The notes beneath the pieces were generated by a model. That model was not told where the DNA came from. It did not search any database and saw only the letters and a program-made list of their open reading frames with translations. DNA of 62,655 nucleotides, the filler included. It is 3 parts of 3 records of this genome, joined end to end, with 100 filler letters (N's around TTAATTAATTAA, not from the genome) between each part and the next. Parts side by side here need not be neighbours in the genome. Positions count along the whole stretch, not along the records: positions 26,226 to 46,664 come from SRR31156797_10054; positions 46,765 to 62,655 come from SRR31156797_10060; 1 more part is not named here. One strand, 5' to 3'. Positions 42,986 through 51,712 of this stretch are shown here, piece after piece; within the stretch, counting starts at the first letter, position 1; each line of letters starts with the position of its first letter. Position numbers and translations under genes: made by a program.

Positions 42986-43090
42986 AATTTCTCCTTCATG
43001 ACCTGTATTAATCTTAAATTTATAATTAAAGATTTAATTTAATAAAAAATTAATATCATTGAAATACTAATATAAAAATAATCTTTTTTC

Positions 43091-43106
43091 TGTCACGAAT
43101 GTGACA
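43091..43106. promoter_or_regulatory. CooA-type operator box 1, TGTCA-CGAATG-TGACA
   Basis: Palindromic half-sites with 6-nt spacer in the fdhF1/regulator intergenic region. Confidence 0.75.
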
Positions 43107-43197
43107 AATGAATAAATATTCATTTATTTAATTATTTTTTATAAATTTCTGATATTTTTTTGATTATTGATAAAATCGAATCCAGAAGAGTAAAAAG

Positions 43198-43213
43198 TGT
43201 CAGATTTCTGACA
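43198..43213. promoter_or_regulatory. CooA-type operator box 2, TGTCA-GATTTC-TGACA
   Basis: Same half-sites and spacing as box 1; core of an 18-bp perfect inverted repeat 43187-43224. Confidence 0.72.
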
Positions 43214-43374
43214 CTTTTTACTCTATATAAAATTATAAATAATTATTTAAGGGGTTAAATTATTAAAAAATAACTAATTTTTAATAACTTGATTAATAAA
43301 TCATTTTAAATTTATTTTAAAAAAAGTATAAAATTGTTAATATAATTTTAATGCTAGCTCAAAGGGGTTTAAGT

Positions 43375-44013
43375 ATGGAATCAAATAGGTTAAGAATAGA
43401 CTCTGTTGACTTATCTAAAATTCTATCTGAAGAGCAGTTCTCTTCTTTAAAAATTAAAAAGTTTAAAAAAGGTAGTTTAGAATATGAAAATGGCTCATTA
43501 ACCCTATATGTTTTCAAATCAGGAAAAGCAAAAGCTTTAATCTATGAAGATGGTGAAGAGTTTGTATTATATTTTTTGCAAGCTAATAATATAATCATAC
43601 CTGAGACCTCATGTGCTATTGAGTTTGTTGAAGATAGTGAAGTTTATTTGATAGATGCTGAAAAGTTTAGCAACTTATTTTCTAACAAAGAATTTTCAAC
43701 ATCTGTTATACACTCACTTAAACACAGAGCTGAACTTGAAAGAAGTATAATAAAAAATCTTGTATTTAAAAGTTGTAAAAAGAAGATTGCATCATTTCTA
43801 CTTGAAATAGCTATAACTCAAGATAATATTGTTAATGGTAAATATGTAATTGAACTAAATATCTCAATAAAAACCTTATCAAGCTTTATTGGTTCTAAAA
43901 GACAAACTGTTTCAACTATAATAAATGAACTATTAAAGAAAAAAATTATTGAAAAAATAGATAAAAATAGATATGTAATAAATAAATATGAAGAGTTAGA
44001 AAATTATGATTGA
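43375..44013 (+). CDS. CRP/FNR superfamily regulator, CooA-like
   Basis: FKSGKAK..EDGEEFVL beta-roll, IIKNLVFK hinge, HTH IGSKRQTVSTIINEL; AAGGGG RBS and TATAAT at 43341-43346. Confidence 0.88.
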   Translation: MESNRLRIDSVDLSKILSEEQFSSLKIKKFKKGSLEYENGSLTLYVFKSGKAKALIYEDGEEFVLYFLQANNIIIPETSCAIEFVEDSEVYLIDAEKFSNLFSNKEFSTSVIHSLKHRAELERSIIKNLVFKSCKKKIASFLLEIAITQDNIVNGKYVIELNISIKTLSSFIGSKRQTVSTIINELLKKKIIEKIDKNRYVINKYEELENYD

Positions 44014-44016
44014 TTT

Positions 44017-44045
44017 ATAAGTAAAGAGAGTTTCTCTTTACTTAT
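44017..44045. terminator. Hairpin between convergent genes
   Basis: ATAAGTAAAGAGA-GTT-TCTCTTTACTTAT 13-bp inverted repeat. Confidence 0.65.
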
Positions 44046-44233
44046 TTTAGCTTTCCTAAAAATGATTCTAGCCATTTTTCTGCATCTTCGATAGTATCAA
44101 ATCTTTTTGATTTTGCTACTTGGTCTTGACCTTCATAAAATCTAACTCTAATACCATCTTCAACATGGTCAATCTTAGTTCTAGTGATTTTTGCCATATT
44201 TAAGTAAACTCTTTCATTTAATTTAACAAACAT
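44042..44233 (-). CDS. Small hypothetical protein (63 aa)
   Basis: GAGGAG RBS, ATG start, 16 nt after YedF-like gene, globular composition. Confidence 0.75.
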   Translation of the reverse strand: MFVKLNERVYLNMAKITRTKIDHVEDGIRVRFYEGQDQVAKSKRFDTIEDAEKWLESFLGKLK

Positions 44234-44249
44234 TTTTTCTCCTCTTATA

Positions 44250-44603
44250 TTAAAATGATACTACATTTTCATTTAACAGCATTGCCACAGTATCAATAGC
44301 ATTACCAGGCTTACCAACTTTTAGTTCATCTCTTACTTCATAATAATCTAAACAAGTTCCACAAGAGAAAATAGATACGCCCTTCTCTTCAAGAATCTTT
44401 AGACTATTTAAAACTTCAATATTTTCATCTGAGTCTGATGTTGTTAGTAAAACTGCACTATTAACACATATAATAGTTGCAGGCAGTTTTTCTTGTTCTG
44501 TCATAGCTTTTAGAAAACCGTTAATTAACATTGAACCTAATTCACCCTCACCTATTTTACTAGATTTCAAGAAAACAGTTTTACCTTTTGTTTCATTACT
44601 CAT
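44250..44603 (-). CDS. DsrE-fold protein, YedF selenium-metabolism-like
   Basis: IGEGELGSMLINGFL, NSAVLLTT, SCGTCLDYY. Confidence 0.78.
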   Translation of the reverse strand: MSNETKGKTVFLKSSKIGEGELGSMLINGFLKAMTEQEKLPATIICVNSAVLLTTSDSDENIEVLNSLKILEEKGVSIFSCGTCLDYYEVRDELKVGKPGNAIDTVAMLLNENVVSF

Positions 44604-44798
44604 ATATTACCTTTTTTGAAGAAATAAATAAACTTTAAATAATTTTTATATTTTAACCTTTATTTAATAAATAACTAATCAATTTTTTTAAAAAAAATCT
44701 TATATTTAATATGCAATTTAAGCATATTTTTATTAAATAAAAATGAAATTATAATTTAGCTAAAAAGTAATTACTAGAGATAATAATAAAAATATTCT

Positions 44799-45821
44799 TT
44801 ATATCCAATGTACATTTTTAGTATTAATGTTTACAAAAATCTCATCTGCTGGCAAAAATCTTTGTATTTGCATCTCTTCTCGTGTAACTCTACAATTAAA
44901 ATATATATCTGAAATTGTAAACTCAACCAACATATGCTCTTTGGATTTTTGTTGAGAGATTGAAGTTACTATTGCTTTTAAACTTTTTTCATTTTTCATA
45001 TCATCGCAATTAACTCTACAAATATCAATATCTATTGAATCAATCATTACCACTGAATCTCTTTTTTTGCTTTGACTATTTTCTATCTCTAGAGTTTGTG
45101 AATCAGTGAATGTTTTTACAAGATTTCCCTTTTCATTTTTTTCCCAAGGAGAAAAAAGTAGATTTACACTTCCACTATCTATTAAATGCCCTTGAAATAA
45201 AGCAATTTTTCTATCACAAATATGGTTTAACCAGTTATGGTCATGACTTGAGATTAAAATTGTTGTATTCCATCTTTGTTTTGCACAAAGTATCGCTTCT
45301 TTTATAAGTTGAGCTGAGTTTGTATCAACTCCTGTTGTTGGCTCATCTAATATTAATACCTTTGGTTTTAGTATGAGTCTTACTGCTAGAGCAACTCTTT
45401 GAGCTTCCCCACCTGATAGTTGACTCCATTTTCTTTTTGCAAAAGATTTATCTAAACCTACTAAAGACAAAGCTTCATAAACTTTCTCTTCTATATTATT
45501 TTCTTCGTTTCTTATTTTTAAACCATATGCAATATTTTCATAAACAGTTCTTTTTAATAAATAGGGATTTTGTGGAACTATTACAATACTTTGTTTTAAT
45601 TCATGAGATAGATGCTTATCATCAATCCCTTCAAATAATATTTGCCCTTTTGTTTGCTTTTGCATAAAAGACAATAGTGAGAATAAAGTTGATTTCCCAC
45701 TTCCATTTGGTCCAAAGAAGCCGATGATTTGACTATCTTCTAATATAAGTTTATCTATACTTAGTACTTTTCTTCCATCATAATACTGTTCAATATTGTT
45801 TAATTCATATAATGTAGCCAT
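44799..45821 (-). CDS. tupC: Tungstate ABC transporter ATP-binding subunit
   Basis: GPNGSGKST, LSGGEAQRVALA, LDEPT; TAATG coupling to tupB. Confidence 0.8.
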   Translation of the reverse strand: MATLYELNNIEQYYDGRKVLSIDKLILEDSQIIGFFGPNGSGKSTLFSLLSFMQKQTKGQILFEGIDDKHLSHELKQSIVIVPQNPYLLKRTVYENIAYGLKIRNEENNIEEKVYEALSLVGLDKSFAKRKWSQLSGGEAQRVALAVRLILKPKVLILDEPTTGVDTNSAQLIKEAILCAKQRWNTTILISSHDHNWLNHICDRKIALFQGHLIDSGSVNLLFSPWEKNEKGNLVKTFTDSQTLEIENSQSKKRDSVVMIDSIDIDICRVNCDDMKNEKSLKAIVTSISQQKSKEHMLVEFTISDIYFNCRVTREEMQIQRFLPADEIFVNINTKNVHWI

Positions 45822-46516
45822 TATTGATTCCATTTTCCTCTAAGTATAGATAAAGATATATTTATCATAAGTGCGATTGAGATTAAAACCAAACCAAGTG
45901 CAATACCAGTAACAAACTCACCCTTTCCTGTTTCAAGTGCAATTGCAGTAGTGATTGTTCTTGTATGGTATTTGATATTTCCACCTACCATCATTGAAAT
46001 ACCAATCTCAGTCATAATTCTTCCATAAGCAGTCATAGCGGCTGTCATAAGTCCAAATCTAGCTTCTATTAATGTTGCAACTAATATTTGCTTTGAACTA
46101 GCTCCTATGCCTTTTAAAGAGACATAAAGTCTTTTATCTACTGCTTCTACTTGTATAGCAGTTAATGCAACAATAATAGGCAGACCTAAAACAATCTGTC
46201 CTATTATTATCGCTTTTTGAGAAAAAAGTAAACCAAAACTACCGAAAGGTCCCACTTGTGATAACATTGTATAAGCGATAAGTCCAATAACCACTGTAGG
46301 CAATGCTAATAAAGTATCTACTATTGTTCTTATTATGGCTTTTCCTGGGAAATTATAATATCCCAGAAAAAAACCTAAAGGAAGTCCTATTAATAAACTT
46401 ATCAATAAAGACCAAGAAGATACTACAAGTGTTGTAGATATAGCAGAGTAAACACTTTCATCTCCAGATGCTAGTAGCTTAAATGCTTCATTAAAACCAT
46501 CGGTAAATAGATTCAT
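45821..46516 (-). CDS. tupB: Tungstate ABC transporter permease
   Basis: LPTVVIGL, GRIMTEIGISMMVGGNIKYHTRTITTAIALETGKG. Confidence 0.88.
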   Translation of the reverse strand: MNLFTDGFNEAFKLLASGDESVYSAISTTLVVSSWSLLISLLIGLPLGFFLGYYNFPGKAIIRTIVDTLLALPTVVIGLIAYTMLSQVGPFGSFGLLFSQKAIIIGQIVLGLPIIVALTAIQVEAVDKRLYVSLKGIGASSKQILVATLIEARFGLMTAAMTAYGRIMTEIGISMMVGGNIKYHTRTITTAIALETGKGEFVTGIALGLVLISIALMINISLSILRGKWNQ

Positions 46517-46531
46517 ACTTTTTTATATTCC

Positions 46532-46664
46532 TTATTTATCTGCGTTTGGAATAAATAATGCTTTGTCTAATAATCTAAAGTCAGCAATAAATTTTTGAGT
46601 CTCATCACTTACAATCCAATTAGTGAATTTAGTTGCTAATTCAGGTTTAACATTTGAACATTTT
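46532..46664 (-). CDS. tupA: Tungstate-binding protein C-terminus (5' truncated, not in ORF track)
   Basis: Manual translation KCSNVKPELATKFTNWIVSDETQKFIADFRLLDKALFIPNADK*, directly upstream of tupB. Confidence 0.75.
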
Positions 46665-46764
46665 NNNNNNNNNNNNNNNNNNNNNNNNNNNNNNNNNNNN
46701 NNNNNNNNTTAATTAATTAANNNNNNNNNNNNNNNNNNNNNNNNNNNNNNNNNNNNNNNNNNNN
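46665..46764. other. Artificial contig linker N44-TTAATTAATTAA-N44
   Basis: Identical to first linker; GC rises after it. Confidence 0.98.
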
Positions 46765-48036
46765 TATTTCCTGAAGATCGTAAGTGACTCTGACAGAAGG
46801 TTTATCGATCTTGATAACACGACGCAGGTCAATGGGCGTACCAATGATAACCGCATCGCAATCGGTTTTTTTGATCGTTTCTTCCAGGTCTTTCATCTGC
46901 TGTTCGCCATAGCCCATAGCGGGAAGGAGAACACCGATCTCAGGGTATTTTTCAAATGTTTCTGTGATGGAACCGACTGTGAAGGGGCGAGGATCAACAA
47001 CCTCTTCTGCACCGAACTTGACAGCGGCAACCATTCCTGCGCCATATTCCATTTCACCGTGAGTCAGGGTCGGACCGTCTTCAACGACCAGAACCTTTTT
47101 ATTTCGGATCACTGAAGGATCTTCAACGGAAATGGGTGATGCACCATCAACAATAGCAGCATTCGGATTGGCTTCAACAATACTCTGGCGAACCAATTCG
47201 ACATCTTCATTATCTGCTGTGTCGATCTTATTGATGACAACGATGTCAGCCATCTTTAGATTTGTTTCACCGGGATAGTAAGTGACTTCGTGGCCCGGGC
47301 GGTGAGGATCGGCAACCGTAATGATGATATCGGCATCATAGAATGACGTATCATTGTTACCGCCGTCCCAGAGGATGACATCCGCTTCTTTTTCAGCTTC
47401 GCGAACGATAGCCTCGTAATCAACACCGGCATAAATGACTGAACCCATGGCAATATGCGGTTCATATTCTTCCATTTCTTCAATGGTACACTTATGCTTT
47501 TTAAGATCATCAATACATGCAAAGCGTTGTACCGCTTGTTTTGCAAGATCTCCGTAGGGCATTGGGTGACGGATAGAGACAACTTTCAGGCCCATATCCT
47601 TTAGAATGTTGACCACACGACGTGTGGTTTGCGATTTGCCGCAACCGGTTCTAACTGCGTTAATAGCGATAACGGGTTTGGTCGATTTGACCATTGTCCG
47701 TTTTCCGCCCATCATGATGAAATCAGCGCCACAAGCATTTACTAATGCTGCTTTATGCATAACTACTTCGTGAGGAACGTCGCTATATGAAAACACAACC
47801 TGGTCGACATCATTCGCTTTAATGAGTTCCGGCAGTTCAGATTCATCCACGATCTTGATACCTTCGGGGTAGAGGTCACCCGCTAGTACAGCCGGATATT
47901 TTCGGCCGTCGATATCGGGGATCTGTGTTGCGGTGAACGCAACGACATTGAAGCCCTCGTTACCTCTGAAAAAGGTATTGAAGTTGTGGAAATCTCTTCC
48001 TGCGGCACCCATAATGATGACGTTCGTTTGTTTCAT
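46765..48036 (-). CDS. Cyclic 2,3-diphosphoglycerate synthase-like P-loop NTPase (3' truncated)
   Basis: IMGAAGRDFHNFN, AVRTGCGKSQT, RHPMPYGDL, WDGGNND, EDGPTLTHG. Confidence 0.8.
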
Positions 48037-48071
48037 ACAAACCTCCTATTAAGTAATTAAACGTTTCTTAT

Positions 48072-48148
48072 GGTAAGTAGTGAGTAGTAAGTGGTGAGTG
48101 GTCGTAAACTGTTTACGACAGTTCACTGTTCACCGTTTACTGTTCACT
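48072..48148 (+). repeat. Heptamer-repeat hairpin element
   Basis: 4x RGTRAGT, GTCGTAAAC-T-GTTTACGAC palindrome, 4x GTTYACY. Confidence 0.85.
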
Positions 48149-48183
48149 AATATGCAGTGTGTCAAAGAGCTATAAATAATTTA

Positions 48184-50523
48184 TTATTTCACTAAAACCA
48201 AGTCAACAATATCAGAAAATTTATCGACAAAAACAAAGGAAATACCTTTCTTGACCATATCCGGGACCTTTTCAAGATCGGACTGATTAGCCAGGGGCAA
48301 TATTACCTTTTTGATCTTCATTCTTTTAGCTGCAGTGACCTTTTCACGAACGCCACCGATCGGCAGGACGCGTCCTCGCAGAGATATTTCACCTGTCATA
48401 GCTACCGTATGCTTTGCCTTTCTACCGGTAAGGCAAGAAAGCAGAGCTGACGTAATGGTCACACCGGCTGATGGACCATCTTTAGGTATGGCTGCTGCCG
48501 GAAAATGTACGTGAATGTCATGATTCATAAATTGTACCGGTTCGATCCCGAATTCATCGGCAGAAGCTCGCAAAAAGGAGATCGCCGTTTCAACAGATTC
48601 CTTCATTACATCGCCCAGGAGTCCTGTAGTTTTATAATTGCCTTTGCCGGGCATTAATGTAACTTCCACCGGTAATACGTCACCACCGCTTTGGGTGTAA
48701 GCAAGTCCTACTACAATACCCAATTCGTTCTCAGTCGGGAGCTTATCTTTAAATATTTTTTTCGGGCCAAGGAATTGTTCAAGATTATCTTTATCTAGAA
48801 CGATCTTTTCATGGTTTTCATTTTTGGCAAATTCCCGAGCTGATTTTCTACATACCTTTGAAATCTCCCGTTCAAGTGAACGAACTCCGGCTTCCATGGT
48901 GTATGCGTCAATGATGTTTTCGATGCTTTTGGGTGCAAAGCGAAGTTGTTTCTTGTTCAATCCATTTTGCTCGAGTTGGCGGGGGACAAGGAATTGTTTT
49001 GCGATCTGGGTTTTTTCCGGTGTGATATAACCCGGCATGGAGATCAATTCCATCCTGTCCAATAATGCAGGTGGGATACTGTGAGTACTATTCGCTGTAG
49101 CGATAAAGAACACCTTGGAAAGATCGAATGCGACTTCAAGATAATTATCTCTGAAATCTTTGTTTTGTTCGGGATCTAAAACTTCCAAAAGGGCTGATGC
49201 GGGATCTCCACGGAAATCGGCTCCGATCTTATCAACCTCATCCAGCATGATCACCGGATTTTGCGAACCGCATTTTTTAATGTATTGAATGATCCGTCCA
49301 GGCATTGAACCAATATAAGTACGGCGATGACCGCGTATTTCAGCCTCATCACGCATACCGCCTACTGAGAACCTTAAAAACTCACGGTGCATGGCACGAG
49401 CGACACTCTTGCCGATGGATGTTTTGCCGACTCCCGGAGGTCCAACAAGGCATAAGATCGGACTTTTTGCATCTTTTTTAAGTTTTTGAACAGATAGGAA
49501 TTCCAGAATGCGATCTTTTACGTCATCCAAACCATAATGATCATCATTTAAAATATCATTTGCTTCATTGATATCAAGCTGATCTTCGGTGAATTTGCCC
49601 CAAGGCAGGTCCAGCATCCAGTCGATATAGGTTTTGCTGACAGTGTATTCCGAAGAAAAAGGTGACATTAATGCCAGTCGCTCGATCTCTTTCTCAACAG
49701 CTTTTTTGGCTTCTTTCGTAAGATTTGCATTATCAAGTTTCTTGTTCATATCTAAAACATCAGGATCGTCATCATCGGATTCACCCAATTCTTTTTTAAT
49801 GGCTTCAAGTTGCTCGCGGAGAAGAAATTCGCGCTGTTGTTTATTCACCTCTTTATTAACATGCTCATTGATCTTGGCATTCAACTCAATAACTTTGAAT
49901 TCTTTTTGTAGTGCAATAACAAGTAGATCAAGCCGTTTTGTAATATTCAATTCATTCAAGAAATTATATTTTTCAGATATCTGAATATTCAATGAGGATG
50001 CGATCAGATCAGATAATTTTGAGGGATCTTCAATCGAAAAGATCACATCCTGGATCTCTTCGGGGAAGATAGGTGAAATCGAGATAATTCTTTGAAATAG
50101 ATCTGAGATTGTCCTGATGTATGCTTCTGCTTTTAATTTGGGTGCAGAGATTTCACTTAATTTATTAACGATAGCAATGCGGTAATCCAATTCTGTTTCC
50201 AGCTCTCTGTCAATTGAGATCCTGTGAAGACCTCTCAGAAGGACGCGTGTCGACCCGTCTGCTGACTGCATGATCTTTAAGATCGAGCAAGCTACTCCGA
50301 TATCAAAGATCTTATTATCATCTTCATCTGGATCATCACCCAATATTTTTGCGAAAACACCGATGGTCTTATCTGATTTCAGGGCATCGTTGACCAGTTG
50401 ATGATGTTTGTCTTCACGAAGTAAGACCTGAAAAATAATATGAGGCAGCGGCATGATCCCTTCTACAGGAAGAATCCTCATGGTGGGGGGCATCAGATCG
50501 ATATTATTTATTTTTTTTGTCAT
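48184..50523 (-). CDS. lon: ATP-dependent Lon protease
   Basis: GPPGVGKTS, GHRRTYIG, LDEVDK, PKDGPSAG, PIGGVREK. Confidence 0.96.
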   Translation of the reverse strand: MTKKINNIDLMPPTMRILPVEGIMPLPHIIFQVLLREDKHHQLVNDALKSDKTIGVFAKILGDDPDEDDNKIFDIGVACSILKIMQSADGSTRVLLRGLHRISIDRELETELDYRIAIVNKLSEISAPKLKAEAYIRTISDLFQRIISISPIFPEEIQDVIFSIEDPSKLSDLIASSLNIQISEKYNFLNELNITKRLDLLVIALQKEFKVIELNAKINEHVNKEVNKQQREFLLREQLEAIKKELGESDDDDPDVLDMNKKLDNANLTKEAKKAVEKEIERLALMSPFSSEYTVSKTYIDWMLDLPWGKFTEDQLDINEANDILNDDHYGLDDVKDRILEFLSVQKLKKDAKSPILCLVGPPGVGKTSIGKSVARAMHREFLRFSVGGMRDEAEIRGHRRTYIGSMPGRIIQYIKKCGSQNPVIMLDEVDKIGADFRGDPASALLEVLDPEQNKDFRDNYLEVAFDLSKVFFIATANSTHSIPPALLDRMELISMPGYITPEKTQIAKQFLVPRQLEQNGLNKKQLRFAPKSIENIIDAYTMEAGVRSLEREISKVCRKSAREFAKNENHEKIVLDKDNLEQFLGPKKIFKDKLPTENELGIVVGLAYTQSGGDVLPVEVTLMPGKGNYKTTGLLGDVMKESVETAISFLRASADEFGIEPVQFMNHDIHVHFPAAAIPKDGPSAGVTITSALLSCLTGRKAKHTVAMTGEISLRGRVLPIGGVREKVTAAKRMKIKKVILPLANQSDLEKVPDMVKKGISFVFVDKFSDIVDLVLVK

Positions 50524-50597
50524 GAAATATTTTCTCCAAAATTCATGGATAATTTAAAGAGGAAAGTGAGAATAAGAAAGGGGAATCGTATATGGGT

Positions 50598-51572
50598 TTA
50601 TTCCGAAAAAAAGGCTTCAGCCAATTCTCTGATCTGGTCAATATCCTTGGCGCGATTGATCTCGAAACGCATATGCGCTGCGCCATCCATTCCGCGAATA
50701 TAAGCGGCAGCATGAGGTTTGAATAAATTCCCGGCATACATCAGGGAATAATGAGCTTTTTGCAGTTCAAGATGTTTAAAAAAGCTTTCTGAGATCGATG
50801 CTTTGGTGACTTCCGGGGGAATCTCACCCTTATTTAAATAATTGATCACATCTCTGAAAAGCCAGGGCTTACCCATACTTCCACGACCGATCATAATACC
50901 GTCACAACCGGTCTCCTTGATCATTCTTTCCGCATCTTGTGGTGTATGAATATCACCGTTCCCGATCAAAGGGATCTTGATAGTTTTTTTAACATCGCCG
51001 ATAATGGACCAATCGGCTTCTCCGGTATATCGCTGTTTTGTTGTGCGGGGATGAACCGTCAGTAAAGATATACCTTGCGCCTCTAATCGTTTTGCAGCTT
51101 CCACGGCTACAATACCACCTTTGTCCCAACCGGAACGGATCTTGGCGGTGACAGGCAGATTGACTGCCCTGACGACCCATTTTGCGATCTTCTCAAGCTG
51201 ATCCAGGTCTTTAAGAATAGCCGATCCGGCACCCCGTTTAACTACTTTGGGAACAGGACAACCGAAATTCAGGTCAATAATATCCGGTTTTAAGTTTTCT
51301 TCAATATATTGAGCTGAGCGGGCAAGAACTTCAGGGTCATGACCAAATATCTGGATACCGACCGGACGTTCACCTTGATCAAATTTCATGTAGTTGATAG
51401 TCTTGTCGTTCTCCCTGACAATTCCTTCCGCCGATACGAATTCCGTGTAAACAGCACCGGCTCCATGTTTTTTGCACATAGTCCTGAACGGGCTATCCGT
51501 TACACCCGCCATGGGTGCTAGAAGGACCGGATGTTCGATCTTAAGACCGTCGATGTTCAAGGGTTTTAACAT
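50598..51572 (-). CDS. dusB: tRNA-dihydrouridine synthase B
   Basis: LAPMAGVTD, DLNFGCPV, KIRSGW, HPRT, GNGDI, MIGRG. Confidence 0.92.
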   Translation of the reverse strand: MLKPLNIDGLKIEHPVLLAPMAGVTDSPFRTMCKKHGAGAVYTEFVSAEGIVRENDKTINYMKFDQGERPVGIQIFGHDPEVLARSAQYIEENLKPDIIDLNFGCPVPKVVKRGAGSAILKDLDQLEKIAKWVVRAVNLPVTAKIRSGWDKGGIVAVEAAKRLEAQGISLLTVHPRTTKQRYTGEADWSIIGDVKKTIKIPLIGNGDIHTPQDAERMIKETGCDGIMIGRGSMGKPWLFRDVINYLNKGEIPPEVTKASISESFFKHLELQKAHYSLMYAGNLFKPHAAAYIRGMDGAAHMRFEINRAKDIDQIRELAEAFFSE

Positions 51573-51591
51573 GTTTGAATATAGTTAAACA

Positions 51592-51626
51592 AGGTAAGAG
51601 GCAAAAGTAAAAAGGCAAAAGTGAAG
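51592..51626 (+). repeat. Degenerate heptamer tandem repeat
   Basis: AGGTAAG AGGCAAA AGTAAAA AGGCAAA AGTGAAG. Confidence 0.6.
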
Positions 51627-51712
51627 TTATGAGTGGATGAAGATTTAAAATAGTTCTTGGAAAGATGAGTATTTCTGGCGAAAATTTATTCATATCCAAC
51701 TAAGGAGTTCTA

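Noticed and set aside
43008-43038. Imperfect palindrome AATCTTAAATT-TAT-AATTAAAGATT upstream of fdhF1
   Set aside because: Almost all A/T in a very AT-rich region; expected by chance
72-44013. Link between the heme operon and the CooA-like regulator
   Set aside because: They lie on different contigs from apparently different phyla
48072-48148. CRISPR array
   Set aside because: Units are 7 nt and contiguous, with no spacers and no cas genes
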